DNA of 64,000 nucleotides, taken from the NCBI GenBank assembly GCA_964396475.1, contig CAYNFE010000002.1:40306-104305 (forward strand), written 5' to 3'. Under the pieces are notes generated by a model that had not been told where the DNA came from, did no database searches, and was given only the letters and a program-made list of their open reading frames with translations. Made by a program: the position numbers and the translations under genes. Positions 17,732-26,386 of this stretch are shown here, in pieces (within the stretch, counting starts at the first letter, position 1; each line of letters opens with the position of its first letter). The DNA comes from Candidatus Woesearchaeota archaeon. Its GTDB lineage: Archaea; Nanobdellota; Nanobdellia; Pacearchaeales; UBA284.

Positions 17732-19405
17732 ATGAAAAAAGAAATAGGTGAAAAGAAGATTCTTGCTTATGCTCTTGCTAATGCAATAACCCATGATGGT
17801 AAAGCACAAGTAGGAGCAGTATTACCAAAATTGTTCCAAGAGGGTTTAAGAAAAGAACAAATAAAATCTATTCTACCAAAAATCCAAAAAATAGTCAAGG
17901 AAGTTAACTCTTTAAACAAAAAAGAGCAAGAAGAAGAATTTCAAGAACTTAACAAACTAGTAAAAAAGAGAAAAGAAAGAGAGGGTCTACCACAATTGCC
18001 TAAAGCAAAAAAAGAAAAAGTGATTATGAGGCTTGCTCCTTATCCATCTGGACCTTTACATATTGGAAATGCTCGTCCTGTAATTCTTAATGATGAGTAT
18101 GTTAAGATGTATGGAGGTAAACTTTTTCTTGTTGTTGATGATACTATAGGAAGTGAAGAAAAAAAGATTGTCAAGGAAGCTTATAGATTAATCCCAGAAG
18201 GGCTTAATTGGTTAGATATTAAGTATAATAAAAAAATAATCTATAAATCAGATAGGTTAAAATTATATTACAAGCATGCTGAAGATTTGATAAAAAAAGA
18301 TAAGGCATATGTCTGTTTCTGTGATGCTGAAACCTTACATAAAAATAGATTTAAGGGAAAAGAGTGTGAACATCGTAAAGTAAGTCCAAAAGAAAACCTA
18401 AAACATTGGAAAGAGATGTTAGAAGGAAAATATAAAGAACATCAAGCCACACTTAGAATAAAGACAAGTATGAAAGATAAGAATCCTGCTTTCAGGGATA
18501 GGGTTCTTTTTAGAATATCAGAGAGAAAACATCCAAAGACGGGAAATAAATATAAAGTTTGGCCTATGCTTGAGATGAGTTGGGCTATAGATGATAAACT
18601 TCTTGGAATAACACATGTTTTGAGAGGAAAGGAATTAATGATTGAAACAGATATGGAAAAATATATCTTTGACATTTTTAAATGGAAATATCCTGAATTT
18701 ATTCACACAGGCCTTTTGCAATTTGAAGGAGCTAAATTAAGTAAGAGCAAATCTCAGAAGGAAATTGCAACAGGAAAATATTTTGGTTGGGATGATCCTA
18801 GAACATGGTCTCTGCAATCTTTAAAAAGAAGAGGTATAAAGAAAGAAGCACTTAGAGTATTCATATTACAATTTGGAATAACTCAGACAGAAATAACTGT
18901 GCCTATAGAAGCCCTCTATAAAGAAAACAAAAAATTTGTCGAATCAAGTGATAGATATTTTTTTATTGCAGATCCTGTAAAGATAAGAATAAAAGATGCT
19001 GAGAAATTAAAAACAAAAATGCATTTACATCCAGATTATTCTAAGAGAGGGGATAGAAATTTTACAACATATCAAGATTTCTATATTTCCAAAGATGACT
19101 ATAAAAAAATTAGTAAGGGAAAAACATATCGTTTTATGAATCTGTTTAATTTTAAGAATTTCAAGTTCGTTTCTAAGGAACATAAACCAGAACTAGGAGC
19201 TAAACTCATTCATTGGCTTCCTATACAAAAAGATTTAGTCAAGACAGAAATATTGATGCCTGATTCAATAGTTATGAAAGGTCTGGCTGAGAATGGAATC
19301 AGGAAATTAAAAGCTGGAGAAATAATACAATTCGAGCGTTTTGGATTTTGTCGTTTTGATAGAAAAGAAAAAGATAAGTTTGTTTTCTGGTTCAGTCATA
19401 GATAA
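17732..19405 (+). CDS. gltX: glutamyl-tRNA synthetase (archaeal-type, probably non-discriminating GluRS)
   Basis: Class I HIGH region PYPSGPLHIGNARP and KMSKS-type motif GAKLSKSKS. Domain order is typical of archaeal Glx-RS. There is a ~90-aa N-terminal extension. Confidence 0.8.
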   Translation: MKKEIGEKKILAYALANAITHDGKAQVGAVLPKLFQEGLRKEQIKSILPKIQKIVKEVNSLNKKEQEEEFQELNKLVKKRKEREGLPQLPKAKKEKVIMRLAPYPSGPLHIGNARPVILNDEYVKMYGGKLFLVVDDTIGSEEKKIVKEAYRLIPEGLNWLDIKYNKKIIYKSDRLKLYYKHAEDLIKKDKAYVCFCDAETLHKNRFKGKECEHRKVSPKENLKHWKEMLEGKYKEHQATLRIKTSMKDKNPAFRDRVLFRISERKHPKTGNKYKVWPMLEMSWAIDDKLLGITHVLRGKELMIETDMEKYIFDIFKWKYPEFIHTGLLQFEGAKLSKSKSQKEIATGKYFGWDDPRTWSLQSLKRRGIKKEALRVFILQFGITQTEITVPIEALYKENKKFVESSDRYFFIADPVKIRIKDAEKLKTKMHLHPDYSKRGDRNFTTYQDFYISKDDYKKISKGKTYRFMNLFNFKNFKFVSKEHKPELGAKLIHWLPIQKDLVKTEILMPDSIVMKGLAENGIRKLKAGEIIQFERFGFCRFDRKEKDKFVFWFSHR

Positions 19406-19454
19406 GATAAAAAAATAGGAAAGTTTTTAATAATCTTACTTTTTCTAACACAAC

Positions 19455-21545
19455 ATGAGTCATATACTAGTAATATGTGAGAAGCCACAAGCAGCCATGA
19501 AAATAGCCTATGCTTTAGCTGAAATTGCTCCTGTAAAAAGAAATATTGCTGGTGTTCCATACTGGGAAGTTAATAGAGGTAAGGAGAAGTTTATTGTTGT
19601 TAGTGCTGTCGGACATTTATTTGGCCTTGTCCAGAAAAACACTAGCAAGGATTGGCCTGTTTTTGATATTGAATGGAAAGCTTATAGTGGTTTTGTAAAA
19701 AAATATATTAATGTTATTTCACACTTTTCCAAAGAAGCATCTGATTTTATAATTGCATGTGATTATGATGTTGAAGGAGAATTAATTGGCTTTAATGCTC
19801 TTAGATTTTTATGTGAGAAAGAAGATGCTAAGAGAATGAAATTTTCAACTCTCACTAAACTAGATCTAATCAAAAGTTATAAAGATATCATGCCACATGT
19901 AGATTTTGGACAGGCTTATGCTGGTGAAACAAGACACCATCTAGACTGGTTCTATGGCATTAATCTTAGCAGGGCATTAATGCAAGCTATGAAAAAAGCT
20001 GGAGCATTTAAGATTCTTAGCATTGGTCGCGTGCAAGGTCCAACTCTTGCATTAATTGTTTCTAAAGAAAAAGAAATCCAGGCATTCAAGTCAGAACCTT
20101 ACTGGAATGTCTTTCTTCTTGTAAAAAACAAACACGAATTAGAAGTAAAATATCCTAAAAATATCACAAAGAAAAAAGAAACTAAAGTTTTTGAAAAATT
20201 AAAAGGAAAAAGTGGGGAAGCAAAAACAGATAAGGAAGAAAAAAATCTATGGCCTTTTCCGCCTTTTGACTTAACTACACTACAAATAGAATCATATAAA
20301 CTCATTGGCCTTACACCTACACAAACTTTGGCTGTAGCACAAAAACTCTATCTAAGAGGTTTAATAAGTTATCCAAGAACTTCTTCTCAGAAGCTACCTT
20401 TTACCATAGGATATAAAAGAATTCTAGATAAATTGGACAGAATCTATCCAAAATTAACTGTTCATGCTAAAAGAAGTAGACCTGTTGAGGGAAGAAAAAT
20501 AGATCCAGCACATCCAGCTATTTATCCAACAGGAGAAAAATTCAAAAAAATAACTCAAACAGAAAAACAGGTTTATAATTTAATTGTTAAGAGATTTATT
20601 TCGTGCTTTAGTGAAGATGCTATCATAGAACATAAGAAGATAACTATAAATATTGATAAATATGAATTTACTGCTCAGGGCAAACAAATTCTGAATAAAG
20701 GCTGGCTTAATATTTACCCAGCAAAAATAGAGACTAAAGAAATTCCTGATATGAATGGAAAGATTAAAGTTAAAGATGTAAGAATAGAGGAAAAAGAGAC
20801 TCAACCTCCAAGACGTTATAGTGCTTCTAGTCTCATTTCAGAATTAGAAAAAAGAGAGTTAGGAACAAAAGCAACTAGAGCTAATATTATTGATACTCTC
20901 TATAAAAGAAATTATATTACAGGCAGGCAGATAGAAGCAACAAAACTTGGAATGAATGTTGCTCTTGCTTTAGAAAAAAACTGTCCATCGATACTTGATG
21001 AAAAGCTTACAAGAAAATTTGAAGAAGAGATGGATAGTATAAGAGGGGGAAAATCAGTAGAGAAAATAAAGAAGAAAGAAAAGAAAATTATTGATGAAGC
21101 TAAACAAATTCTAACAAAAATATCAAAACAATTTAAGGAACATGAAGAGGAGATAGGGAAAGAGCTTCTTTCTGCGCATAAAGAAATCATGAAAGAACAG
21201 AAAAAAGCAAACACATTATTTTTATGTCCTGTATGCAAGAAAGGTAATCTTATTATGTTAAGAAGCAAAAGGGGCAAGAGATTTGCGGGTTGTGATAAGT
21301 ATCCTAAATGTAAAACAACCTTTCCTCTTCCACAGTATGGCTTGATTAAAGTGAGTGATAAAAAATGTAATAATTGTGGTTTCCCACTTCTTATTCTTAT
21401 CAGGAAGGGTAGACCCCCATGGGAATTTTGTTTTAATCCTGCATGTTATAAAACTGCAGATAAGACAGATAAAACAAAAGTAAAAAAAACTAGAAAAAAA
21501 GTTGGAACTAAAAAAAGAAAAAAGAAAAAGAAATCTAAAAAATAA
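19455..21545 (+). CDS. topA: DNA topoisomerase I (type IA) with C-terminal zinc ribbons
   Basis: TOPRIM start MSHILVICEKPQAA. Active-site Tyr region GLISYPRTSSQ. C-terminal Cys4 ribbons (CPVCKKGNL...CDKYPKC; CNNCGFP...CFNPAC). Lys-rich tail. Confidence 0.85.
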   Translation: MSHILVICEKPQAAMKIAYALAEIAPVKRNIAGVPYWEVNRGKEKFIVVSAVGHLFGLVQKNTSKDWPVFDIEWKAYSGFVKKYINVISHFSKEASDFIIACDYDVEGELIGFNALRFLCEKEDAKRMKFSTLTKLDLIKSYKDIMPHVDFGQAYAGETRHHLDWFYGINLSRALMQAMKKAGAFKILSIGRVQGPTLALIVSKEKEIQAFKSEPYWNVFLLVKNKHELEVKYPKNITKKKETKVFEKLKGKSGEAKTDKEEKNLWPFPPFDLTTLQIESYKLIGLTPTQTLAVAQKLYLRGLISYPRTSSQKLPFTIGYKRILDKLDRIYPKLTVHAKRSRPVEGRKIDPAHPAIYPTGEKFKKITQTEKQVYNLIVKRFISCFSEDAIIEHKKITINIDKYEFTAQGKQILNKGWLNIYPAKIETKEIPDMNGKIKVKDVRIEEKETQPPRRYSASSLISELEKRELGTKATRANIIDTLYKRNYITGRQIEATKLGMNVALALEKNCPSILDEKLTRKFEEEMDSIRGGKSVEKIKKKEKKIIDEAKQILTKISKQFKEHEEEIGKELLSAHKEIMKEQKKANTLFLCPVCKKGNLIMLRSKRGKRFAGCDKYPKCKTTFPLPQYGLIKVSDKKCNNCGFPLLILIRKGRPPWEFCFNPACYKTADKTDKTKVKKTRKKVGTKKRKKKKKSKK

Positions 21546-22490
21546 TTATCTTATGATTGTTACTTTCTTTGGCTTTTGTATCTTATATTTATCAGGAACT
21601 ACAAAATAAATTCCTGAAGATATATCTGCTTTTCTTAAGTCTAGTCTATCTGAATTAATGCTTAAGACTTTCTTACCAGAAGCATCATATAAGAAGCCTT
21701 CAATATTCTTTCCAAATGTTAAGTAGTTAGTTGCTGGATTTGGTTTTATGATTAAAGATTCATGTAATTTGTTTTCTAAATTTTCTTTTATCCCTGTTGA
21801 TTGAAACTTTATTGTGTCAGCAACTAATTGTGCTTGCCCAAGAGCTGTATCGACTTCAAAAGTGACTGGAATTATTGTTGAACCTTTTGTGAATTCTGTT
21901 GTGATTGAATCTCCAGGTTCTATATCTAAAGCTCCAATAGGATAAGCATGGAAAAAATGTCCATTCAATGCAGTATCTAATGCTGTAGTACATTGTAATG
22001 CAGGATTGTTATTTTTATAAGATATTGCTAGTATTGGATCTGTTAGACCTGTTTCATCTATAAGTTTTCTTACATTTGGTGCATGCTCTAACAATGTATC
22101 AGACTGATTGTCATAGAATAATTCTAGTCCTTTTGATACATCATCATTTATAATCACCTTACCAAATACCCTGTTATTACCATTCCATGTTTCATTGCTA
22201 ATCGTATCTCCCATATGTGGCCAAGGAGTCCATCCGCCATGGAATGGAAGATAAATCTTTCCCTGCTCATTAGGAGAACCATATGTCTCTCCAGGTAATC
22301 CCTGTCTCCAAGATTTTGTAGTATCTTGTGGAGATGAATCATTTACATATCTAGTAATAGCTGTCACTGCTTCAGAAATTGTTGGTATTAGAATTAAACC
22401 TGCAGCTGTCAAAGCCAAAGCTGTTTTGGTTTTATTTTCCATCAATCTAGTAAAGCCTTTATATTTATAAACATTTCGTTTTGTTGTCAT
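21546..22490 (-). CDS. secreted protein, hypothetical
   Basis: N-terminal signal peptide (KTALALTAAGLILIPTISEAVTA). Possible beta-sandwich C-terminal domain. Confidence 0.45.
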   Translation of the reverse strand: MTTKRNVYKYKGFTRLMENKTKTALALTAAGLILIPTISEAVTAITRYVNDSSPQDTTKSWRQGLPGETYGSPNEQGKIYLPFHGGWTPWPHMGDTISNETWNGNNRVFGKVIINDDVSKGLELFYDNQSDTLLEHAPNVRKLIDETGLTDPILAISYKNNNPALQCTTALDTALNGHFFHAYPIGALDIEPGDSITTEFTKGSTIIPVTFEVDTALGQAQLVADTIKFQSTGIKENLENKLHESLIIKPNPATNYLTFGKNIEGFLYDASGKKVLSINSDRLDLRKADISSGIYFVVPDKYKIQKPKKVTIIR

Positions 22491-22507
22491 TTAAAAGTAA
22501 GTTTAAA

Positions 22508-23242
22508 TCAAAAGAATCTAAAGAATTTACGTTTTTGTTTTTCACTAAAAATTCCTTTATTTATTATCATAAAAATAAGTTCTTTTTCAGGCAAGCTTCT
22601 GTGTTTTTTCAGTATTGCTCTTTTTTTATTCTGACCTAGATTCTGAAGTTCAATAATGCATTTACTCCAGTATTTCATTATATCCCCACCGACCATAGAT
22701 ACTGGTTTTGGTTTTCCAGCTTCAAAATCCTCTCTTGAAATAAATTCACTATATACTTGGTCTGTTATTAAGACAGGTATTTGTTTTTTTCTTGCTATCT
22801 CATTAAGAATTCTCATTTGTCTAGTAAGGCTTCTATTAATGATATTAATCTTTTCCTTGTCTTTTTCTTGATTTGCCTGTCCAAGCTCTAACCTATATAG
22901 CATAACCATACTATCTACAACAATCAAACCAATATCTTCCTTTATCAAGTCTAGAAGTCTATTGAAAGCCTCCCTCTGCTCAGAAAAATTTGTTGCTTTG
23001 AGCAAGAAAATATTTTTCATAATATTTGTTGAAATTAGTTGTTGTAATCTTGAGACAGAGAAACCACCTTCTGTATCAATATATACAACTTTTTTATCTT
23101 GGGCAGCTATGACTGCTGCCGCCATTAAACATAAGTTTGTCTTACCACTTCCTGCTGGCCCATAAAAAGTTGTGATTATATCTTTGTCATATCCACCTAC
23201 AAGCCATTCATCTAAATAATGAGACCCAGTTGAAATCTTCAT
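22508..23242 (-). CDS. radB: RadB (archaeal Rad51/RecA paralog)
   Basis: MKISTGSHYLDEWLVGGYDKDIITTFYGPAGSGKTNLCL...VVYIDTEGGFSVSRL. Walker A and the DTEGGF block match RadB. Length ~240 aa. Confidence 0.8.
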   Translation of the reverse strand: MKISTGSHYLDEWLVGGYDKDIITTFYGPAGSGKTNLCLMAAAVIAAQDKKVVYIDTEGGFSVSRLQQLISTNIMKNIFLLKATNFSEQREAFNRLLDLIKEDIGLIVVDSMVMLYRLELGQANQEKDKEKINIINRSLTRQMRILNEIARKKQIPVLITDQVYSEFISREDFEAGKPKPVSMVGGDIMKYWSKCIIELQNLGQNKKRAILKKHRSLPEKELIFMIINKGIFSEKQKRKFFRFF

Positions 23243-23346
23243 TTTAATCCTAAACTAAACAAGAAAAGTTAAGAAAAGTTAATAAGTTTTGTTATACAGG
23301 AACGTAAGGTTTATAAAAAACAAATTTAATAATAAGATATTGAAAG

Positions 23347-23730
23347 ATGAAAGAAATAATTCCTCCAAAAATTTCAATTGATGAGTTTAGAGTCGAGACT
23401 TTAAATCTTGGCAAGAAAATATTAGATGTTTCTTTTAACTATAATATAACAATAGAAAACTTAAGTGATAATGGAAAAATGTATAGGAGATTTATGCTTG
23501 GAGACAATGTCATAAATTTTATTATTGAAATAATGGGTGATTTGAAAAAAGTGGCAGGAACAAACATTGCTGAGATTAAAGATCATGAAGAGATAAAGGA
23601 AAAATTAGTAAATACTATGGATAGAATACTATTAGAAATTAATGATCTTTCTAAAATAAAAGATCATGAGAAATTTATGAAAGCGTTTAATAGAATTAAT
23701 TGTTATAAGATAGGTTTTGCTGAAGCCTAG
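23347..23730 (+). CDS. hypothetical protein
   Basis: 127-aa ORF. Confidence 0.4.
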   Translation: MKEIIPPKISIDEFRVETLNLGKKILDVSFNYNITIENLSDNGKMYRRFMLGDNVINFIIEIMGDLKKVAGTNIAEIKDHEEIKEKLVNTMDRILLEINDLSKIKDHEKFMKAFNRINCYKIGFAEA

Positions 23731-24317
23731 GTTTTTATTTCAACTTCTTTTTTTGGTTCTTTCTCAGAAAAAATTTGAGCTTGAAATCTGAAAATCTTAG
23801 TTTCTGGTTTAATCCAAGCATCTATAGGCAAGCCAGCTTTGACACACGTTGCTTTCATAAATTCTAAAGTATTCCATTTTTGTTCTACTGGCACTTGAGG
23901 CAATAGTAAGCCAGAAAAATGAAATGTCTGAACAATTAAACCATGTTTTCCTAGCTCAATCTCTTTTAGAATATCTTGACCCTTGGCTTTAATTTGTTTT
24001 GGAACTGTAAGCACAGATATTTCTATTACTATCTTATCAATTTCTTCTTTTTCTAAAGGTATAAATCTTGGGTCAGAAAAAGCAGCTGCTCTTGCTGCCT
24101 CAACAACTGCCTCAGCTAGAGGTTTGATAGGATAAGGAAAACCTATACATCCGCGAAGTTCATGAGAAGGAAATTTATTTAGTGTAACAAAAACACCTTG
24201 ACTCTTTGGGAATTCTTTTTTTTCTTCATCAAAATCTATTTCTTGATCTAAAAAGTAAGATTCTATAGAATTTCTTGCTAAACTTATTAATCTAAAACCT
24301 TGATCTAGAGATAACAT
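23727..24317 (-). CDS. AMMECR1-domain protein
   Basis: VFVTLNKFPSHELRGCIGFPYPIKPLAEAVVEAARAAAFSDPRF contains the RGCIG AMMECR1 signature. The start was moved to the internal Met (MLSLDQ...). The longer ORF-track start (24392) would translate through the tRNA-fragment repeats. Confidence 0.65.
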   Translation of the reverse strand: MLSLDQGFRLISLARNSIESYFLDQEIDFDEEKKEFPKSQGVFVTLNKFPSHELRGCIGFPYPIKPLAEAVVEAARAAAFSDPRFIPLEKEEIDKIVIEISVLTVPKQIKAKGQDILKEIELGKHGLIVQTFHFSGLLLPQVPVEQKWNTLEFMKATCVKAGLPIDAWIKPETKIFRFQAQIFSEKEPKKEVEIKT

Positions 24318-24321
24318 TTTA

Positions 24322-24413
24322 AATGCCCCTGCCGGGGTGGCAAAACCCCAATTTTTTGACAATGCCCATGTGGGGATTCGACTTTGTGGCAATGCCCCAT
24401 GAGAGATTTGACC
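24322..24413. repeat. three tandem tRNA-Glu 3'-end-like fragments (putative att-site remnants)
   Basis: aatgcccctgccggggtggcaaaacccc, caatgcccatgtggggattcgac and caatgccccatgagagatttgacc each resemble the plus-strand image of the acceptor 3' strand plus T-arm of the tRNA-Glu at 26158. That tRNA reads tgcccctaccgggattcgaacc. Confidence 0.5.
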
Positions 24414-24501
24414 TATTGGTTATACTTCAAGCTATTTTCTTGCTTTTACCTCTCTTTTTATTATGTTAATGATAAAAAGATATACTAGTATAAATAATCT
24501 G

Positions 24502-25068
24502 CTATTTTTCCTTACATATTTGATGATCTAATTCGAAGTTAAATAATATTATGTCATATAAAACGCTAGGTGTTAATCCTTCCTCTAGGTATTCATTGTA
24601 ATATAAAATTACCATTGGATCTGGACTTGATTTCTGAAATTCTTTTTTTGCGTGTCCTTCCCATGTCAAAAACTCAATAGAATTCTTTAATTTTTCTTCA
24701 TCATAGTCCTCTCCACTCCACGCACGATATAAATCAATATTCATTCTATATAAACACCTTTTAGTCGGCTCAATAATCATCACACCAAAATTATCAACAT
24801 TTGGACAATATGTATTCAAGGCAATAAACCCAGAATCTACTTGATCCTCTCGATCTCCATAAGTTTCCATTTCTAAATATCCTTCATTAGTAATATCATA
24901 ATCACAAAAAATGCTATTTACCTCATATCCTTGATCTTCTAAGAATTTCTCCTGTCTACTTTTGCCAATATCCATTGGATTATTTATGATAATTAAAGCT
25001 ATTATAACTCCAATTAATATCCACACCCATATTGGAATCTTTTTAACTTTTTCTTTTTTCATATTCAA
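24502..25068 (-). CDS. membrane-anchored protein, hypothetical (inside the putative integrated islet)
   Basis: 188 aa with an N-terminal TM helix (IPIWVWILIGVIIALIII). Acidic, Cys-containing ectodomain. Confidence 0.4.
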   Translation of the reverse strand: MNMKKEKVKKIPIWVWILIGVIIALIIINNPMDIGKSRQEKFLEDQGYEVNSIFCDYDITNEGYLEMETYGDREDQVDSGFIALNTYCPNVDNFGVMIIEPTKRCLYRMNIDLYRAWSGEDYDEEKLKNSIEFLTWEGHAKKEFQKSSPDPMVILYYNEYLEEGLTPSVLYDIILFNFELDHQICKEK

Positions 25069-25130
25069 TCTAATAAAAAGTTGTTTAAATAGTTTACCGA
25101 TGACAGAAAATTCTAAATAATGTTGATCTA

Positions 25131-26036
25131 TTGTTTTTTATGGAAAAAATATGTGCTTTATGTGAAAAAGGAGGAGTTTTGTGTAATAGCCATGTCATAC
25201 CAAAATTTGTAACAGATTGGATAAAGGAAACTTCTGTAACAAAAGGGCTTAGGAATGCTAATGCTCCAAATAAAAGAATTGAAGATGGTGTAAAAGAACA
25301 ATTACTGTGTAAAGACTGCGAAAAATTATTTTCTAAATATGAAACATATTTTGCCAATAAAATATTTCACCCTTTCTTAAATGGCCAGGAGCAATTTACA
25401 TTTAACGAAAATTTAAATAAATTTATTACTTCTATTTCTTGGAGACTTCTTAAAACATCTATGGATTCTTATTGTAAGTCCTTTCCAAAATTCAAAAAGA
25501 GTATAGAACAAGCAGAAAAAAATTGGAGAGAATATCTTTTAGGAAATTCTCAGCTGAAATTCCAAAACCATATGTTTTTCTTTAAGGAAAATAGATTGAA
25601 CTATAAAAAGGTTGATAAGAATTTTCTTTGGTATATGCAGAGAGCAATTGATGGGACTATAGCAACTGGAAATGATGTGCTTTTTGTCTATTTCAAATTT
25701 CCAAATGTTTTCTTTGTATCTACAATAAAACCTTTAGATTTTTTAGGTGGAGGAGAAGCACTAATGGAAGCAGAAAAAGGAGTTTTTATTGTGGGGGGTG
25801 GGAGCAATTTAATAAAGAAAGGAAGGTCTATTAAGGTGAGAAATTTAGCTTTTTATCCATCATTTGAAGACTTTTTATTAAGTAGAGTGAGGGAAGCATT
25901 TTCTAAAAAAATCTCTGAAAAACAAATTAAGAAAATTAGATCCTTACTAGAGAAGAACAATTCTAGAATGTTGGGATCAAAAACATTTACGGCATTTTTG
26001 GATGCAAAAAAAATAGAAGAAGATAAAGAAGGATAG
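25131..26036 (+). CDS. HNH-nuclease-like N-terminal domain protein (inside the putative integrated islet)
   Basis: CALCEKGGVLCNSHVIPKF ... LLCKDCEK fits the HNH pattern C-x2-C...(D/N)H-I-P...L-C-x2-C. A ~200-aa C-terminal domain of unknown function follows. Confidence 0.45.
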   Translation: MFFMEKICALCEKGGVLCNSHVIPKFVTDWIKETSVTKGLRNANAPNKRIEDGVKEQLLCKDCEKLFSKYETYFANKIFHPFLNGQEQFTFNENLNKFITSISWRLLKTSMDSYCKSFPKFKKSIEQAEKNWREYLLGNSQLKFQNHMFFFKENRLNYKKVDKNFLWYMQRAIDGTIATGNDVLFVYFKFPNVFFVSTIKPLDFLGGGEALMEAEKGVFIVGGGSNLIKKGRSIKVRNLAFYPSFEDFLLSRVREAFSKKISEKQIKKIRSLLEKNNSRMLGSKTFTAFLDAKKIEEDKEG

Positions 26037-26066
26037 TTCTTTTTTTTAATTCAAATCCGTATTGGA

Positions 26067-26092
26067 GCATTGAATTTTTATGGATTCAATGC
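26067..26092. terminator. perfect 9-bp inverted repeat hairpin (gcattgaat-N8-attcaatgc) downstream of the HNH-domain gene
   Basis: Read directly from the sequence. The 3' arm overlaps the first tRNA-fragment repeat. Confidence 0.35.
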
Positions 26093-26143
26093 CCCGTCCA
26101 AGATTCGAATTATTTTTTGTTCACCCCATACGGAGATTTGAAC
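26087..26143. repeat. two further tRNA-Glu 3'-end-like fragments immediately upstream (plus-strand) of the intact tRNA-Glu
   Basis: caatgccccgtccaagattcgaat matches the tRNA-Glu 3' end at 16 of 22 positions. tcaccccatacggagatttgaac is a second related copy. Confidence 0.5.
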
Positions 26144-26157
26144 AATTTATGCGTAAA

Positions 26158-26230
26158 TGCCCCTACCGGGATTCGAACCCGGGTCTAAGCCTCGAAAGGG
26201 CTTGATGCTTGGCCTCTACACCATAGGGGC
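26158..26230 (-). tRNA. tRNA-Glu (anticodon TTC)
   Basis: The reverse complement is GCCCCTA-TG-GTG...-AAGCC-CTTTCGA-GGCTT-AGAC-CCGGG-TTCGAAT-CCCGG-TAGGGGC-A. Length 73 nt with a 7-bp acceptor stem. Confidence 0.85.
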
Positions 26231-26233
26231 AAG

Positions 26234-26347
26234 TGGGCCCGCTGGGATTTGAACCCAGGACCCCTGGCTCTCTTAGAGTCATACAACCCTAGAATGGATT
26301 GTGGCCATATAAGACCAGTGCTCTAAACCAGGCTGAGCTACGGGCCC
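26234..26347 (-). tRNA. tRNA-Ile (anticodon TAT) with a ~38-nt intron in the anticodon loop
   Basis: The reverse complement is GGGCCCG-TA-GCTC-AGCCTGGTTTA-GAGC-A-CTGGT-CTTATA, then [TGGCCACAATCCATTCTAGGGTTGTATGACTCTAAGAG], then A-GCCAG-GGGTC-CTGGG-TTCAAAT-CCCAG-CGGGCCC-A. A canonical 37/38 intron position gives the loop CU-UAU-AA. Only 3 nt separate it from tRNA-Glu. Confidence 0.65.
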
Positions 26348-26386
26348 GATATTAAAGAGAACAATTCTTTATTTTTAAACCTTTTT

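Noticed and set aside
23727-24392. Full-length 221-aa AMMECR1 ORF as given in the ORF track
   Set aside because: Its first 25 codons (MPQSRIPTWALSKNWGFATPAGAF) are translated from the tandem tRNA-fragment repeats. I shortened the gene to the internal Met at 24317.
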